A stretch of DNA of 64,000 bases from Candidatus Micrarchaeota archaeon (GCA_026396415.1 JAPLWX010000050.1:15783-79782); one strand, 5' to 3'; numbered from the stretch's first letter, positions 36,932 to 46,524 are shown. Numbers and translations: made by a program. The notes: generated from the sequence alone by a model not told the origin.

Positions 36932-37563
36932 ATAGGAACGGCGCCAATGCGGGAAAAAACAGGCATGAAAAGATGAAACATATGGCAAGGCAAATCGCGC
37001 TTGCATTCCTCCTTCCCATTCTCCTAGCGTGCGCTGCAATCCTGGCGGCATATTTTTTCCTCCAGGCGCAGGATAATGGCGCCATGCAGGGCGGGGAAAT
37101 TTCCATGTCATTGCCCTCCGGGCCCCTGGTATCCGGCAACACCGCCGCCCTTCGCGCGGTTTCCACCTGCGGCGCGTTTCATGTCTCATTGGACGGCTCA
37201 TGGTTTGGAAGCGGAGAGCCTTTGATTTCCAAGGGGTTTTCGCTTGAGGAAGGCAGCCACTCGTTTTTTGCGCAGGGAAAGGGCTGCAACGCCACGCTTG
37301 TGTTTTTTGTGCTTGCACGCGAGTGTGCCGGGAATGAGGCAAAGGAATGCGAAAAGAACGGCTGCCCCGGCGCGCAGGAATGCGCAGGCGGCATATTCTC
37401 GGATTGCGCGCTTCCGAAAAAAGTCTGCTCGCCAGGGGAAAAGGTGGGCTGCAGCATAAACGGCTGCTCATTTGGCTATATTACGTGCAACCCGTGCGGC
37501 ACGAGCTTCGGCAAGTGCACAGCCGGCTCTAAAAAGGAAAATGCGTCGTGCGCCGGCAATTGA
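36928..37563 (+). CDS. membrane-anchored/secreted Cys-rich protein
   Basis: Has an internal signal/TM (MARQIALAFLLPILLACAAILAAYFF) and a C-terminal Cys-rich module (CAGNEAKECEKNGCPGAQECAGG...CNPCGTSFGKC). Confidence 0.35.
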   Translation: MNRNGANAGKNRHEKMKHMARQIALAFLLPILLACAAILAAYFFLQAQDNGAMQGGEISMSLPSGPLVSGNTAALRAVSTCGAFHVSLDGSWFGSGEPLISKGFSLEEGSHSFFAQGKGCNATLVFFVLARECAGNEAKECEKNGCPGAQECAGGIFSDCALPKKVCSPGEKVGCSINGCSFGYITCNPCGTSFGKCTAGSKKENASCAGN

Positions 37564-37577
37564 GGGCAATCACTGCT

Positions 37578-39119
37578 TTACTTTTTGCGGAATTTTTGCT
37601 TGGCTGATGGCTTTGCCGCTGCCTTGCTTGCGGACGCCGCTGCCTTTGCAGGCGTGGCTGCCTTGCTTGCGGACGCCGCTGCCTTTGCAGGCGTGGCTGC
37701 CTTGCTTGCAGGCGCTGCCGCCCTTGCCGGGGGCTTTGGCTTCCTTGCAGGCTCCTCCGCCTCACCGCCTCTCCCGCCTGCTTCGCCATCGGGCTTGGCG
37801 CTCCTTCCCGCGCGCAGCTTGTTCCGTATGTCCTCAAGCTGGGTGAGCATGCTCTCCACTTCCTTCTCCTGCTCCGCCACCTCTCCCGCTATGCGCGCGT
37901 TCCTCTCAAGCTCGACAAGCTCGCTGTCCATGTCCCCGTTCGTCACCGTGCTTTCCGACCCGTCCATCTCCTGCGCGCTGAATACTTTTTCCTCGTTGCG
38001 CGCGGCTTCCTCGATTTCTGCATCAGCCTCCTCGTGCTCTTCAGGGGGCTTCGGCCCGCTTTCCTGAATGCGCCTCTTGCGGCTGTCCACCATGCGGCGG
38101 GTGGTGTCATCCAGGTTTTTTTGGTGCTCGTCTTCCGTGCCGAACGTGAACTTCTGGGAATAATTCATGCCCGGCTCGCCTTTTGCCTGCTCTTCGGCAA
38201 GCTTGGGCGCCGGCCCGGACACATCCTCCTCCTCGCGCCTTGCAGAGAGGAAATTGTAGATGATGAGCGCCACCACCGCCGCTGCAAAAATCCCCGCGAA
38301 TATCGGGAGCACGCCCAGCACCATCGGCAGGATGCCCGGGTCGGATGCGCTTGCGGCGGTTGCGGGCACACTGCCCTGCGTTGCATTCTTCCCGTATGCG
38401 ATTGTGGACACCATCTGGTAGAGCCTGTAGCCCTCTGCCGAGTAGGTGTAGCTTCCCACGCGCGTCGCCATCAGGCTCGCCGCGCCTGTGCTGCCTGTGC
38501 GCACGGCCTGGCTGCTCCCGTCAGGGTAGCCCACCACTATTTTTGCGCCAGTTATCGGCGTGCCATCCAATGACTTGAGGGAAACGGTAAGCGTGCTGTT
38601 CGCCTGGACTTGGGAAGGCGCCGAAAGCACCGCCGTGCTTGGCGCGGCAATTGCCGCCGCGTCGGGTATCCTCCCGACCGCAGCCTCGCTCACGGACGCG
38701 CCAAACTCATAGGTGACATTCCTTGTTTCCCCGCGCGAAAGTGCGGCGACTTCCCACACCGCCTGCCTTCCGTCGAACTGCGACGGGCTTGGCGAAAATG
38801 AAACCGCTGCGCCGGCAGGCACAAAGGAGAGGCTCTCGCCGATATTCACATAGTTCCTGTCAATCGAGCCGATGTTTCTCAATGAAAGCGTGACTAGCGT
38901 AAAAACAGAGCCTGACCCGCCCGCCTGCGACGTGCCGCTGTTCGCGCAGACGTCGCTGATGCCTATCTGGGAAAGCGGGCACTGCCCCGCCTTGCCGGAC
39001 TCTATGGTGCGCGTCACCTCGAGCCAGCCGTCCGAGACGTATTTCTTGGAATAGGTTTCCGCGAAAGGCATGGAAATGAATAGAAGCATGCCTATGAACA
39101 ATGCAAAAGGTTTCGCCAT
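37578..39119 (-). CDS. surface-exposed membrane protein with a cytoplasmic acidic coiled coil and a C-terminal tandem-repeat Lys/Ala tail
   Basis: Has a signal peptide MAKPFALFIGMLLFISMPFAETYSK. An Ig-like beta-rich ectodomain has N-x-S/T sequons. A TM helix reads ILPMVLGVLPIFAGIFAAAVVALIIY. A Glu-rich coiled coil follows, and then a repeat tail (ATPAKAAASASKA)x2. Confidence 0.5.
   Translation of the reverse strand: MAKPFALFIGMLLFISMPFAETYSKKYVSDGWLEVTRTIESGKAGQCPLSQIGISDVCANSGTSQAGGSGSVFTLVTLSLRNIGSIDRNYVNIGESLSFVPAGAAVSFSPSPSQFDGRQAVWEVAALSRGETRNVTYEFGASVSEAAVGRIPDAAAIAAPSTAVLSAPSQVQANSTLTVSLKSLDGTPITGAKIVVGYPDGSSQAVRTGSTGAASLMATRVGSYTYSAEGYRLYQMVSTIAYGKNATQGSVPATAASASDPGILPMVLGVLPIFAGIFAAAVVALIIYNFLSARREEEDVSGPAPKLAEEQAKGEPGMNYSQKFTFGTEDEHQKNLDDTTRRMVDSRKRRIQESGPKPPEEHEEADAEIEEAARNEEKVFSAQEMDGSESTVTNGDMDSELVELERNARIAGEVAEQEKEVESMLTQLEDIRNKLRAGRSAKPDGEAGGRGGEAEEPARKPKPPARAAAPASKAATPAKAAASASKAATPAKAAASASKAAAKPSAKQKFRKK
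37618..37730. repeat. 39-bp perfect tandem direct repeat (2 full copies and a degenerate third) inside a coding sequence
   Basis: The unit gctgccttgcttgcggacgccgctgcctttgcaggcgtg occurs at 37618-37656 and again at 37657-37695. Divergent copy follows. Confidence 0.8.
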
Positions 39120-39267
39120 GAACACACCCCTGTGGTATGCCTTTATGGTGCGTCCAGTATTTAAATCTTTGTATTTTATGGATATTTGTGGTGATGCTTC
39201 GCTGTCCCTTCCAATGGCTACCCCTCTATTTAAAATCCTTATTCGCAAAAGGATGACAGGTGCGACA

Positions 39268-39609
39268 ATGAAAGTTGACAAGGCAATGCTTTTCGTTTTC
39301 ACGCTTTCCCTGCTTGCAGGCTATGCGTTCGCAGACACCCCTACCAGCCAGCTCAAGGCAGCGCTTTCCGCGCTTTGCTGGGGGCTGAGCCAGATGGTGC
39401 CTGTTGCCGCCATGCTCATGGTGCTTCTTGCCTCTGTCATCTACGCCACCGGCCAGATGATGGGCGCGGAGACGAGGGCGCGCGCGAACGTCTGGGCGAC
39501 TTCTGCCCTCACAGGCGCCATCATAGGCATACTCATTTCGGTGATTGCGCCGTCTGTGCTCTATATAATCGCGGGCAACACCCCGATATCATGCGGGCCC
39601 GCGCCATAG
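39268..39609 (+). CDS. small secreted two-TM protein (pilin/VirB2-like architecture)
   Basis: The signal peptide is MKVDKAMLFVFTLSLLAGYAFA, followed by two hydrophobic helices. It is divergent from the surface-protein gene. The intergenic region has TATA-like tttaaat/tttaaaat elements. Confidence 0.35.
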   Translation: MKVDKAMLFVFTLSLLAGYAFADTPTSQLKAALSALCWGLSQMVPVAAMLMVLLASVIYATGQMMGAETRARANVWATSALTGAIIGILISVIAPSVLYIIAGNTPISCGPAP

Positions 39610-39652
39610 CCGCATCCAACCGCTTTTAAATTTAGGCTGCTTTTAGCCATGC

Positions 39653-41392
39653 ATGGAGCCGGCATTAGCGGTAGGGATAAGCATCACGGTCATCATGCTC
39701 TCCGCGCTGATTTTCAACAGGCTCCGCCTTCCGCACATACTGGGCGTGCTTGCTGCGGGAATACTCGTCGGCCCCTACAGCCCGATTGCAGGCCTGAGCC
39801 TCTTCGGGCTCAATTTCGGCACCATAATCATCACGGACCCGTCCCTCGTGGAAACATTCGCGGTGATGGGCGCCGCCCTCATCCTGTTCGGCATCGGGCT
39901 TGAGTTCTCGGTCATACGCCTGTGGAAAATGGGCTGGTTCACCTTCCTTGCCGCCCTCCTGAAAATAGGCATAGTGTATTTCGCGGCGCACTTCTGCCTT
40001 GCGGCAATGGGCTTTGGCACGCAGGCGGCGGTGCTCGTGGCAGTGGCGCTTTCATTCTCATCCACGCCCATAATCATAAAGCTCCTCGAGGACTCCGGCA
40101 GGATAAAGCGCCCGGAGGTGAGCTTCATAATCTCGGTGCTGGTCATCGAGGACCTGCTCGCCGTCTTCTTCCTCGGCCTCATAGCAAACCCCGTCTCCCC
40201 GGGCGAATACTCGCTTGCAGTCGCGGTGCTGCGCGTGGTGCTCACGTTCATATTCGCCTATCTCGTGCTTTCGCGCCTCATCAACAAGTTCCTCGACCTG
40301 TTCGCGCACTCCGACGAGCTCATCATCCTGTCAACCGTGAGCCTGGTCCTCGTCATCGGCTACCTCTCATCCGCAATCGGGCTTTCCTTCTCGGTAGGGG
40401 CCTTCCTTGCCGGAAGCACCATCGCCGGCTCGCCCCATTCCCGCAGGATAGAGGAGAAAATCCGGCCGTTCAACTCACTCTTTGCGTCGTTCTTCTTTTT
40501 CTCCATAGGCCTGATGGTCAACATGTCCGGAGTGCTGTCCGACCTTCCCCTGCTGTTCCTTTTCCTGGCAATAGGCATCATCGTGCGCTTTGCCGCATCC
40601 GGCTTCTCCTCGTACATGGCCGGCTTTTCCGGCAGGAATGCCTGCTTCTGCGCCGCGGTGTTCCTTTCCATGTCCGAGCTGTCGCTCCTGCTCATAAGCC
40701 AGGGCGCATCATCGGGCATATTGCAGAGGGACTTCCTGGGCAGCTTTGCATTCGCCATAATCGCCACTTCCTTCCTTTCGGCCTGGCTCATAAGCCGCGA
40801 GAACGAGGCGTACAATGCCATCCAGTCCGTGGTGCCCCAGATAGTGATAAAGAACCTGCGCCTGCTGCGCTCCACCGCGCTTGGCATGCGCCGGGCGGTC
40901 TCGGAGTCATCCCGCTATTACAGGGTGGTGGAGAAGCTGCCGACAATCGCGCACCACACCGACCAGTTCTCGGTGCGCGAGCAGCTGGTGCTCACGTCGA
41001 AAAACGCGGTGCTTCTCGGCATCGCATCCCTTGTGTGCTACCTGGGCATATTTTTCGCGCAGACCCCGGAATGGCGCTTCCTCGACCCGTTCTTCGTCTA
41101 CTTCTTCGGGGTGTTCTTCATCGCGTCCGCGCTGTTTTTGGTGAACGTGAAGTCCGCGCAGGTGTCGCTCCTCAAGATGATTGCGCGCTCAAGCTCGGGC
41201 GCTCGCTATGCCGCAATAGGGCATTTTGTCTCCATGGCATTCTTCTTCTTCCTGTGCGCGGCATACTTCTGGGCATACCTCCTTGCGCCTGCCTCGCTCT
41301 CGGTGATACTGGTGCTCCCCGCGCTCGCATTCGCGCTGCGCAGCATGCTTTCCACCTTCAAGGCGGTCTCGTCGGGCGGCGGGCGGCTGTAA
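39653..41392 (+). CDS. cation:proton antiporter (CPA2 / Na+-H+ exchanger family) with extra C-terminal membrane domain
   Basis: Contains 12 or more TM helices. Typical sequences include LAAGILVGPYSP, GLEFSV and EDLLAVFFL. 579 aa. Confidence 0.8.
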   Translation: MEPALAVGISITVIMLSALIFNRLRLPHILGVLAAGILVGPYSPIAGLSLFGLNFGTIIITDPSLVETFAVMGAALILFGIGLEFSVIRLWKMGWFTFLAALLKIGIVYFAAHFCLAAMGFGTQAAVLVAVALSFSSTPIIIKLLEDSGRIKRPEVSFIISVLVIEDLLAVFFLGLIANPVSPGEYSLAVAVLRVVLTFIFAYLVLSRLINKFLDLFAHSDELIILSTVSLVLVIGYLSSAIGLSFSVGAFLAGSTIAGSPHSRRIEEKIRPFNSLFASFFFFSIGLMVNMSGVLSDLPLLFLFLAIGIIVRFAASGFSSYMAGFSGRNACFCAAVFLSMSELSLLLISQGASSGILQRDFLGSFAFAIIATSFLSAWLISRENEAYNAIQSVVPQIVIKNLRLLRSTALGMRRAVSESSRYYRVVEKLPTIAHHTDQFSVREQLVLTSKNAVLLGIASLVCYLGIFFAQTPEWRFLDPFFVYFFGVFFIASALFLVNVKSAQVSLLKMIARSSSGARYAAIGHFVSMAFFFFLCAAYFWAYLLAPASLSVILVLPALAFALRSMLSTFKAVSSGGGRL

Positions 41393-41573
41393 GGAAAATG
41401 GCGCGCGCATTCCTTCCACCGGCACAGTCAAATCCAGAAGGATTTGGCGTGCAGTGCACTGAAAGTGCACCGGCATCCTGCCCTGCGCATATTTTTAAGC
41501 CATTTTTCCGTTATTTTCGCCATGAACAACCCACCCCGTAATGTGCAACCATTAAATATCCAGCATATCATTG

Positions 41574-41583
41574 AATGTACATT
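41574..41583. promoter_or_regulatory. 10-nt palindrome AATGTACATT upstream of the second RHH antitoxin; candidate operator, with GGTGAG Shine-Dalgarno-like at 41585-41590
   Basis: Seen directly. The arrangement is the same as at the first RHH locus. Confidence 0.3.
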
Positions 41584-41593
41584 GGGTGAGCAT

Positions 41594-41824
41594 ATGAATG
41601 TAAATTTGGGCGAATACTACCAGGCAATAATCGGCAAGGCGATACAAAAAGGGCTTGCCGGCAACCAGACCGAAGTGATACGCCAGGCGCTCCTTGACTA
41701 TGGGCGCAAGCTTGACGATGAAGAGGCGATGCTTGTCGAGCGCGGCGTGCGCGCTGAAATGGAAAAGATGAAGGGCAAGAAGTGGACTTCGCAGGCGCAG
41801 CTGAAAAAGGAACTGGGTCTTTGA
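41594..41824 (+). CDS. RHH-like antitoxin (paralog of the 4403 gene; shares MNVNL N-terminus)
   Basis: 77 aa. The sequence MNVNLGEYYQAIIGKAIQKGLAGNQTEVIRQALLDY is followed by a charged tail. Its stop abuts the relE ATG. Confidence 0.5.
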   Translation: MNVNLGEYYQAIIGKAIQKGLAGNQTEVIRQALLDYGRKLDDEEAMLVERGVRAEMEKMKGKKWTSQAQLKKELGL

Positions 41825-42085
41825 ATGGAAATCGACTGGTCTGACGAGGCAAAAAAAGACGTCAAGGCATTTGAAAGGAAGCTACAAGGCTTCTTCCTTT
41901 CCCATATTGAAAAGCTCGCCTGCATGCCGCCTCGCCGCCACCTGAAGCACGGCCTCCCCTGGAACGTGGAAGATGTTACAAAACAGGCACGCCTCGTCTA
42001 CTTGGCAGACGGTGATGTCCTTCGTGTCATCCGCTGCTTTGCCACGCACAAGGAATACCAGAGATGGTACCAGTCGTACAGGTGA
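41825..42085 (+). CDS. relE: RelE/ParE family toxin
   Basis: The sequence MEIDWSDEAKKDVKAFERKLQGFFLSHIEKLA...RLVYLADGDVLRVIRCFATHKEY fits the RelE/ParE fold pattern. Confidence 0.65.
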   Translation: MEIDWSDEAKKDVKAFERKLQGFFLSHIEKLACMPPRRHLKHGLPWNVEDVTKQARLVYLADGDVLRVIRCFATHKEYQRWYQSYR

Positions 42086-42099
42086 TGCTTGCGCTTCCG

Positions 42100-42149
42100 C
42101 TAATTTTCCTGAAAAAATAAACAACGCGCAGAAGCCTCAAGGCTTCTGC
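42100..42149 (-). terminator. hairpin (gcagaagcc-tcaa-ggcttctgc) followed on the minus strand by a T-run; terminator-like
   Basis: A 9-bp perfect inverted repeat lies at 42128-42149. It overlaps the stop of the 42137 gene. The minus strand reads ttgtttattttttcagg downstream of it. Confidence 0.35.
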
Positions 42150-42526
42150 GGCCCGAGCTGTATCTTGGGCGGCACGATGGGCGGCGACAGGTTCACCGGG
42201 CGCGCGACGAACACGCCGTTCGTCCCGCACGCGTAGTTTATCGCGTTGAGCATTATCTCGGCAAATGCATCCGGGAGCTTCTTCTCCTTTTCCCACCTTG
42301 CCATGATGTCCTTGGTGAGCTTGGCGTCCTCGCGCGAGGTTATGGTGCCCTTCATGTTGATTTCCCCGACACCCTCGGTGTAAACCACCGAGTAGTTGAA
42401 CGAGATTGCAACCTCGCCGTTCACAAGCGCCACAGCGTCAAGCCCGATGTTGACATTGAGGCCCGTCATGTCCTCGTCCTTGTCGCGCCTTGCCTCGACC
42501 TTCACTATCTTTATCCCGGTTATCAT
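42137..42526 (-). CDS. hypothetical protein (129 aa)
   Basis: ORF with ordered sequence. No family recognised. Confidence 0.3.
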   Translation of the reverse strand: MITGIKIVKVEARRDKDEDMTGLNVNIGLDAVALVNGEVAISFNYSVVYTEGVGEINMKGTITSREDAKLTKDIMARWEKEKKLPDAFAEIMLNAINYACGTNGVFVARPVNLSPPIVPPKIQLGPQKP

Positions 42527-42579
42527 GTTTACGCACCTCTGGTTGTCATTTCTTGCAATATGATATGAATAAAAAGCCT

Positions 42580-43251
42580 TCAGATGCGCAACTCCTGCCC
42601 TACCCGCAGCGCCACGCCCTTTGTAATCCCGCCCAGGTCGGTCACGAACTCGTTGGGATCCTGGCTAATCTTTTCATATGTGTTATAATGCATGGGCACG
42701 GCGGCCTTTGGCCGCATCTCCTTCACTATGCTGTTCGCGGCAAACGGGTCCATCACCGACCCCCCGCCGATGGGGACAAGCGCCACGTCGCACTTTATCC
42801 TTGCCATGTCCGTGAAGCTGTAGGTGTCCCCTGTGTGGTAAACCGACAGCCCGTCGCCCTTCACGACAAAACCGACCGGATATTCGGACTGCGGGTGGAT
42901 GGCTTTTTGCACCTCCACCTCCACGCCTTTCATGTTGAACTTGTCTCCGGTCCTGACATCCACCTTGAACCTGTCCGAGACGTCTATTTTTGAAAGCGCA
43001 GGGCGGGAAGCCACCACGCTCGAATAGCACCTGTCGGAAATCTCCTTGACCGTGGCAGGCTCGCAGTTCCCCGGCTCTTCGTTGGACAGGAATATCATGT
43101 CGCACTCCCGCACCGCGTGCACGTCCAGCGAGCTTTTGATGAGCCTGCGGTTCCCTGCTATGGTGTCCGAGACCACGGGGTTGAAAAGCATCACGGCATT
43201 CCCCAGCACCACGCGGAACGAGGAATGGCCAAGATAGGTGATTGACCTCAT
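42580..43251 (-). CDS. metal-dependent hydrolase of the metallo-beta-lactamase fold (UPF0173-like)
   Basis: The N-terminus MRSITYLGHSSFRVV and the C-terminal HTGDTYSF...ALVPIGG...VPMHYNT pattern are typical of the archaeal UPF0173 MBL family. Confidence 0.65.
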   Translation of the reverse strand: MRSITYLGHSSFRVVLGNAVMLFNPVVSDTIAGNRRLIKSSLDVHAVRECDMIFLSNEEPGNCEPATVKEISDRCYSSVVASRPALSKIDVSDRFKVDVRTGDKFNMKGVEVEVQKAIHPQSEYPVGFVVKGDGLSVYHTGDTYSFTDMARIKCDVALVPIGGGSVMDPFAANSIVKEMRPKAAVPMHYNTYEKISQDPNEFVTDLGGITKGVALRVGQELRI

Positions 43252-43272
43252 AACCCCGGATTTGCCTCCTCA

Positions 43273-43281
43273 TATTTAAAT
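43273..43281 (+). promoter_or_regulatory. TATA box atttaaata about 25 nt upstream of the 43305 ATG
   Basis: Canonical archaeal TATA sequence and spacing. Confidence 0.4.
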
Positions 43282-43304
43282 AATGTGTGCCCCCAACCCC
43301 CACC

Positions 43305-44162
43305 ATGGGCAATTCCTACGCCGTCATGGCAGCCGTGCTCCCGCTTTTGCTTTTGGCAGGCATGCCCCATTCGGACTTTTCCATGAAATCGCTCTCCGTC
43401 TTCGTCAACATCAACCTTGACGGGAGCGCGAACATAGACGAGCAGCTGGAGATGGTGATAAACGGGAACTCCTCGCGCGAGCTTTACGAGACCACCCGCG
43501 CGGCATATTCCGACCTTACCACCTGGAAGACCCTGACAGGGCTTCCCGAGATGCGCCACCACGTCACGCGCGCAAAGACGGACGTTGCCGACCTGAGGAT
43601 CATCCCGCAGGCAATAGAGCGCTGCAACTCGTTTCTGGGCACCTGCTATGCAACCGTGGCGATAGACTACAAGATTCCCGCCACCCAGAACGGGTCGGGG
43701 CTTATCCAGGTGGACCGCTACAAGCCGCGCACATTGCGCTATTCCCTCCAGCAGGACGCACTCTCGTTCGAGCAGACCGAGACGGGCGACCTGATACTGC
43801 CGACCGGCACCGTGATATCGATTGCCATCCCGCAGAACTCCGAGAAGATATTCTTTTCCACAGTGCCGACCAACCTGGCAGGCGATCCCGATGAGGATTT
43901 CAAGTACGATTCGACCTCCAACATGCGCTACTACATAGGGCAAAAGCGCATCTTCAAGTGGTCTGGAAATGCGCTTTCAAAGTTCCAATTCACCTACGAG
44001 GTGGAGCTGCCGCTTGAAACAGAAGTGGTGGATTTTTTCGTGGGAAGCCAGAATGCCGTGTCCGACCTCATTTTCGGCCCGCAGGGCTTGGCTGCGCTTT
44101 TCATCATCCTCACTGCAGCCGCCTCATTCTACTACATGAACAGGATAAACAGCCAGGGATAG
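43305..44162 (+). CDS. secreted, C-terminally anchored hypothetical protein
   Basis: The signal peptide is MGNSYAVMAAVLPLLLLAGMP. A C-terminal TM reads LAALFIILTAAASFYYM. No family recognised. Confidence 0.4.
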   Translation: MGNSYAVMAAVLPLLLLAGMPHSDFSMKSLSVFVNINLDGSANIDEQLEMVINGNSSRELYETTRAAYSDLTTWKTLTGLPEMRHHVTRAKTDVADLRIIPQAIERCNSFLGTCYATVAIDYKIPATQNGSGLIQVDRYKPRTLRYSLQQDALSFEQTETGDLILPTGTVISIAIPQNSEKIFFSTVPTNLAGDPDEDFKYDSTSNMRYYIGQKRIFKWSGNALSKFQFTYEVELPLETEVVDFFVGSQNAVSDLIFGPQGLAALFIILTAAASFYYMNRINSQG

Positions 44163-44169
44163 GGATAAA

Positions 44170-45660
44170 ATGCTCCACCAGATAGAGTCCAAGATGCTTT
44201 CAGCGCTTTCGGGCAGGATGTCCTCCGAGGAGCTTTCGCAGAAGGCAGGCATACCCCTGTCATCCGTGCTCTCGTTTTCGCAAAGCCTGAAGGAGAAAGG
44301 GCATGTTTCCATCGAGCAGACAGAGGAGAGGAAGCTTTCCCTCACTCCTGAAGGGCAAGGCTATGCGGCAAAAGGGCTTCCCGAGCAGTCCGTGCACCGC
44401 GCTGCGCAGTCGGGAGCATTTGTCTCGTCACTTTCCCAGCTTGAACGCTCTGTGGGGCTTCCCTGGGCAAGCAGGAACGGATGGGTGAAAATAGAGGGCG
44501 GGAGGCTCACGTCGCTCTGCTCCCCCGAGCCTTATTTCCTGCAGGAAGCCCTGTCAAGAATTTCCCGCCATGAAGAAGTGGACGACGCCACGGTTTCCAC
44601 GCTTCTCAAGCGCAGGCTTGTTTCCCAGGCAGCGGTGAAAAAAACATACATAGAGCCCACCGCGCTGCAGCCTGAAAGGGCATCCGGCACAGAAGCCATC
44701 GGCTCGGCAGAAGGCGGCAAGGCTTCTGCATCCGGCGCAGCAGGGGCAGCAGCCCTCGCAGGCGCGGCAGCCGCCCCGCTAGAGGTAAACTCCCTCACGC
44801 GCGATATGCTCCTCTCGGGCAGCTGGCGAGGCGCGCTTTTCCGTTCCTATGACGTATCGGCCCCGGCCGAGGTCCCCTCCCCCGCAAAAAGGCATGCCAT
44901 CTCCCGCCTGCGGCACCGCATTTCCAGGATTTTCACCGAAATGGGGTTTGAGGAGATGGAAGGCCCTGAGGCGCAGTCAGCCTTCTGGAACTTTGACGCG
45001 CTTTTCCAGCCCCAGGACCACCCTGCGCGCGAGCTTGCCGACACTTTCTACCTCAAGCAGGGGATCCCCCTGCCAGATGATGCCGGGCTTGTATCGCGCA
45101 TCAAAAAGGCGCACGAGAAATGCTGGGGCGGCGCCTGGAGCGGGGAGGTTGCGGAAAAGGGGGTGCTCCGCACCCACACCACCGCAGTATCCGCCAGCTA
45201 CCTCTACAACGAGTGCCGCAGCCGCGAGCCGAAGAAATACTTCTCCATCGGCAAGGTCTACAGGAACGAGGCCACGGACTACAAGCACCTCGCGGAATTT
45301 TTCCAGGTGGAAGGCATTGTGGTGTGGGAAGGCGCCACTTTCCGAGACCTCTTAGGCTTGCTGCGCGAATTCTACAGGAAACTTGGCTTTGACAAGATAC
45401 GCTTCCAGCCGTCATATTTCCCCTACACCGAGCCATCGCTTGAAATCTCGGTCTTCTTCGAGAAGAAGTCCCAGTGGCTCGAGCTTGGCGGCGCAGGCAT
45501 TTTCCGCCCCGAGGTGTCCATTCCCCTCTGCGACCGCTATCCTGTCCTCGCCTGGGGCCTCTCGCTTGAGCGCCCGCTCATGCTGCTCAATGATATGGAT
45601 GACATACGCGACTTCTACAGGGGCAATGCGGGGTGGCTGCGCAAGCAGAAGGTGCAGTAG
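44170..45660 (+). CDS. pheS: phenylalanine--tRNA ligase alpha subunit (archaeal/eukaryal type)
   Basis: The class II motifs FRSYDVSAP...RTHTTAVSA...GKVYRNEATDYKHLAEFFQVEG...LAWGLSLERP are unmistakable. 496 aa. Confidence 0.9.
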   Translation: MLHQIESKMLSALSGRMSSEELSQKAGIPLSSVLSFSQSLKEKGHVSIEQTEERKLSLTPEGQGYAAKGLPEQSVHRAAQSGAFVSSLSQLERSVGLPWASRNGWVKIEGGRLTSLCSPEPYFLQEALSRISRHEEVDDATVSTLLKRRLVSQAAVKKTYIEPTALQPERASGTEAIGSAEGGKASASGAAGAAALAGAAAAPLEVNSLTRDMLLSGSWRGALFRSYDVSAPAEVPSPAKRHAISRLRHRISRIFTEMGFEEMEGPEAQSAFWNFDALFQPQDHPARELADTFYLKQGIPLPDDAGLVSRIKKAHEKCWGGAWSGEVAEKGVLRTHTTAVSASYLYNECRSREPKKYFSIGKVYRNEATDYKHLAEFFQVEGIVVWEGATFRDLLGLLREFYRKLGFDKIRFQPSYFPYTEPSLEISVFFEKKSQWLELGGAGIFRPEVSIPLCDRYPVLAWGLSLERPLMLLNDMDDIRDFYRGNAGWLRKQKVQ

Positions 45661-45722
45661 CCGATATTTTTCAGGCAGCGCCCCCTGCAATAGTTATATA
45701 CTTCTCCTTCCATTTCCTCCCC

Positions 45723-46508
45723 ATGGCGGCACAGCTTGCGGCATTTGCGCTCACCTACCTCCTGTCAGTCGCATTCACTGACGAGATTTCCTTCAACCTC
45801 TCATCCATCGAGAGGCTGGTCACCTACCATCAGGACATGGGCTTCACAGAAATCATTCCCGGCGCGCTTTACAACGGGTCAATAACCGCCAACTGGGCGG
45901 TCCCGCCATCCGCGCTTTCCGGCATTGGCACAGATTCCCTGATTGTGAAAGTAACCGCCACTGCCCCTGAAAACTCCAGCGTGTATTTCCCCCTCGGGGC
46001 TTCGCAGGCAAAGGAAACCTCGGTTTATCTGGAGTGCAAAATAGTCGGAGGCGTGTGCGCCAACGGCTCCGTGCTTTCAGTTGACATACCGGTTGCCGCA
46101 TCGGCAAAGCCGGATGCCGCAAGCGAGGCGAAAATATCGCTGCGCTCGGAAATAGTCCCGTCCATCCCTGCGTCCTATTCCGCCACATTGCAGGACGCGG
46201 GCAGCGCCTTTGACTCGCTCAAGAGGCTCTTCCTGCAGAACTCCACGGATTCCGCCCAGGCGAACGCCAGCGCAGCGGGCGGCAATTCCACTGCAGGCCG
46301 GATAGAAATCGGCGGGCTCAATTTCTCGCTTGGCGCGCAGGGGGCATCCGCGCAGAACGGCAGCGGGAACTTCCTGGACTCGCTCAAGCCGGAAGGCGAC
46401 TCCAGCGACCCGCTGCTCTTCCTTCGCCAGAACCCGCTCATCTCGATTTCCGCGCTTGTCGTCGTTATTGTGATAACCGGCGCGTACCTGCTCAACTCGA
46501 AGGACTAG
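45723..46508 (+). CDS. surface (glyco)protein-like: signal anchor, Ser/Ala/Asn-rich ectodomain with many N-x-S/T sequons, C-terminal TM
   Basis: The internal ATG (MAAQLAAFALTYLLSVAFT) is used. Sequons include NGS, NSS, NST, NAS and NFS. The C-terminal TM reads LISISALVVVIVITGAYLL. Confidence 0.4.
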   Translation: MAAQLAAFALTYLLSVAFTDEISFNLSSIERLVTYHQDMGFTEIIPGALYNGSITANWAVPPSALSGIGTDSLIVKVTATAPENSSVYFPLGASQAKETSVYLECKIVGGVCANGSVLSVDIPVAASAKPDAASEAKISLRSEIVPSIPASYSATLQDAGSAFDSLKRLFLQNSTDSAQANASAAGGNSTAGRIEIGGLNFSLGAQGASAQNGSGNFLDSLKPEGDSSDPLLFLRQNPLISISALVVVIVITGAYLLNSKD

Positions 46509-46524
46509 GCATAGCCCTGCCTCA

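Noticed and set aside
37585-38573. Ala-rich plus-strand ORFs (160 and 179 aa)
   Set aside because: Antisense shadows of the surface-protein gene, including its repeat region.
39922-41541. 539-aa Arg/Pro-rich ORF
   Set aside because: An alternative-frame artefact inside the CPA2 antiporter gene, typical of high-GC sequence. Composition is not protein-like.
43248-43943. 231-aa minus-strand ORF
   Set aside because: Antisense to the better-supported secreted protein gene (43305-44162). Its His/Gly/Arg-rich composition is unconvincing.
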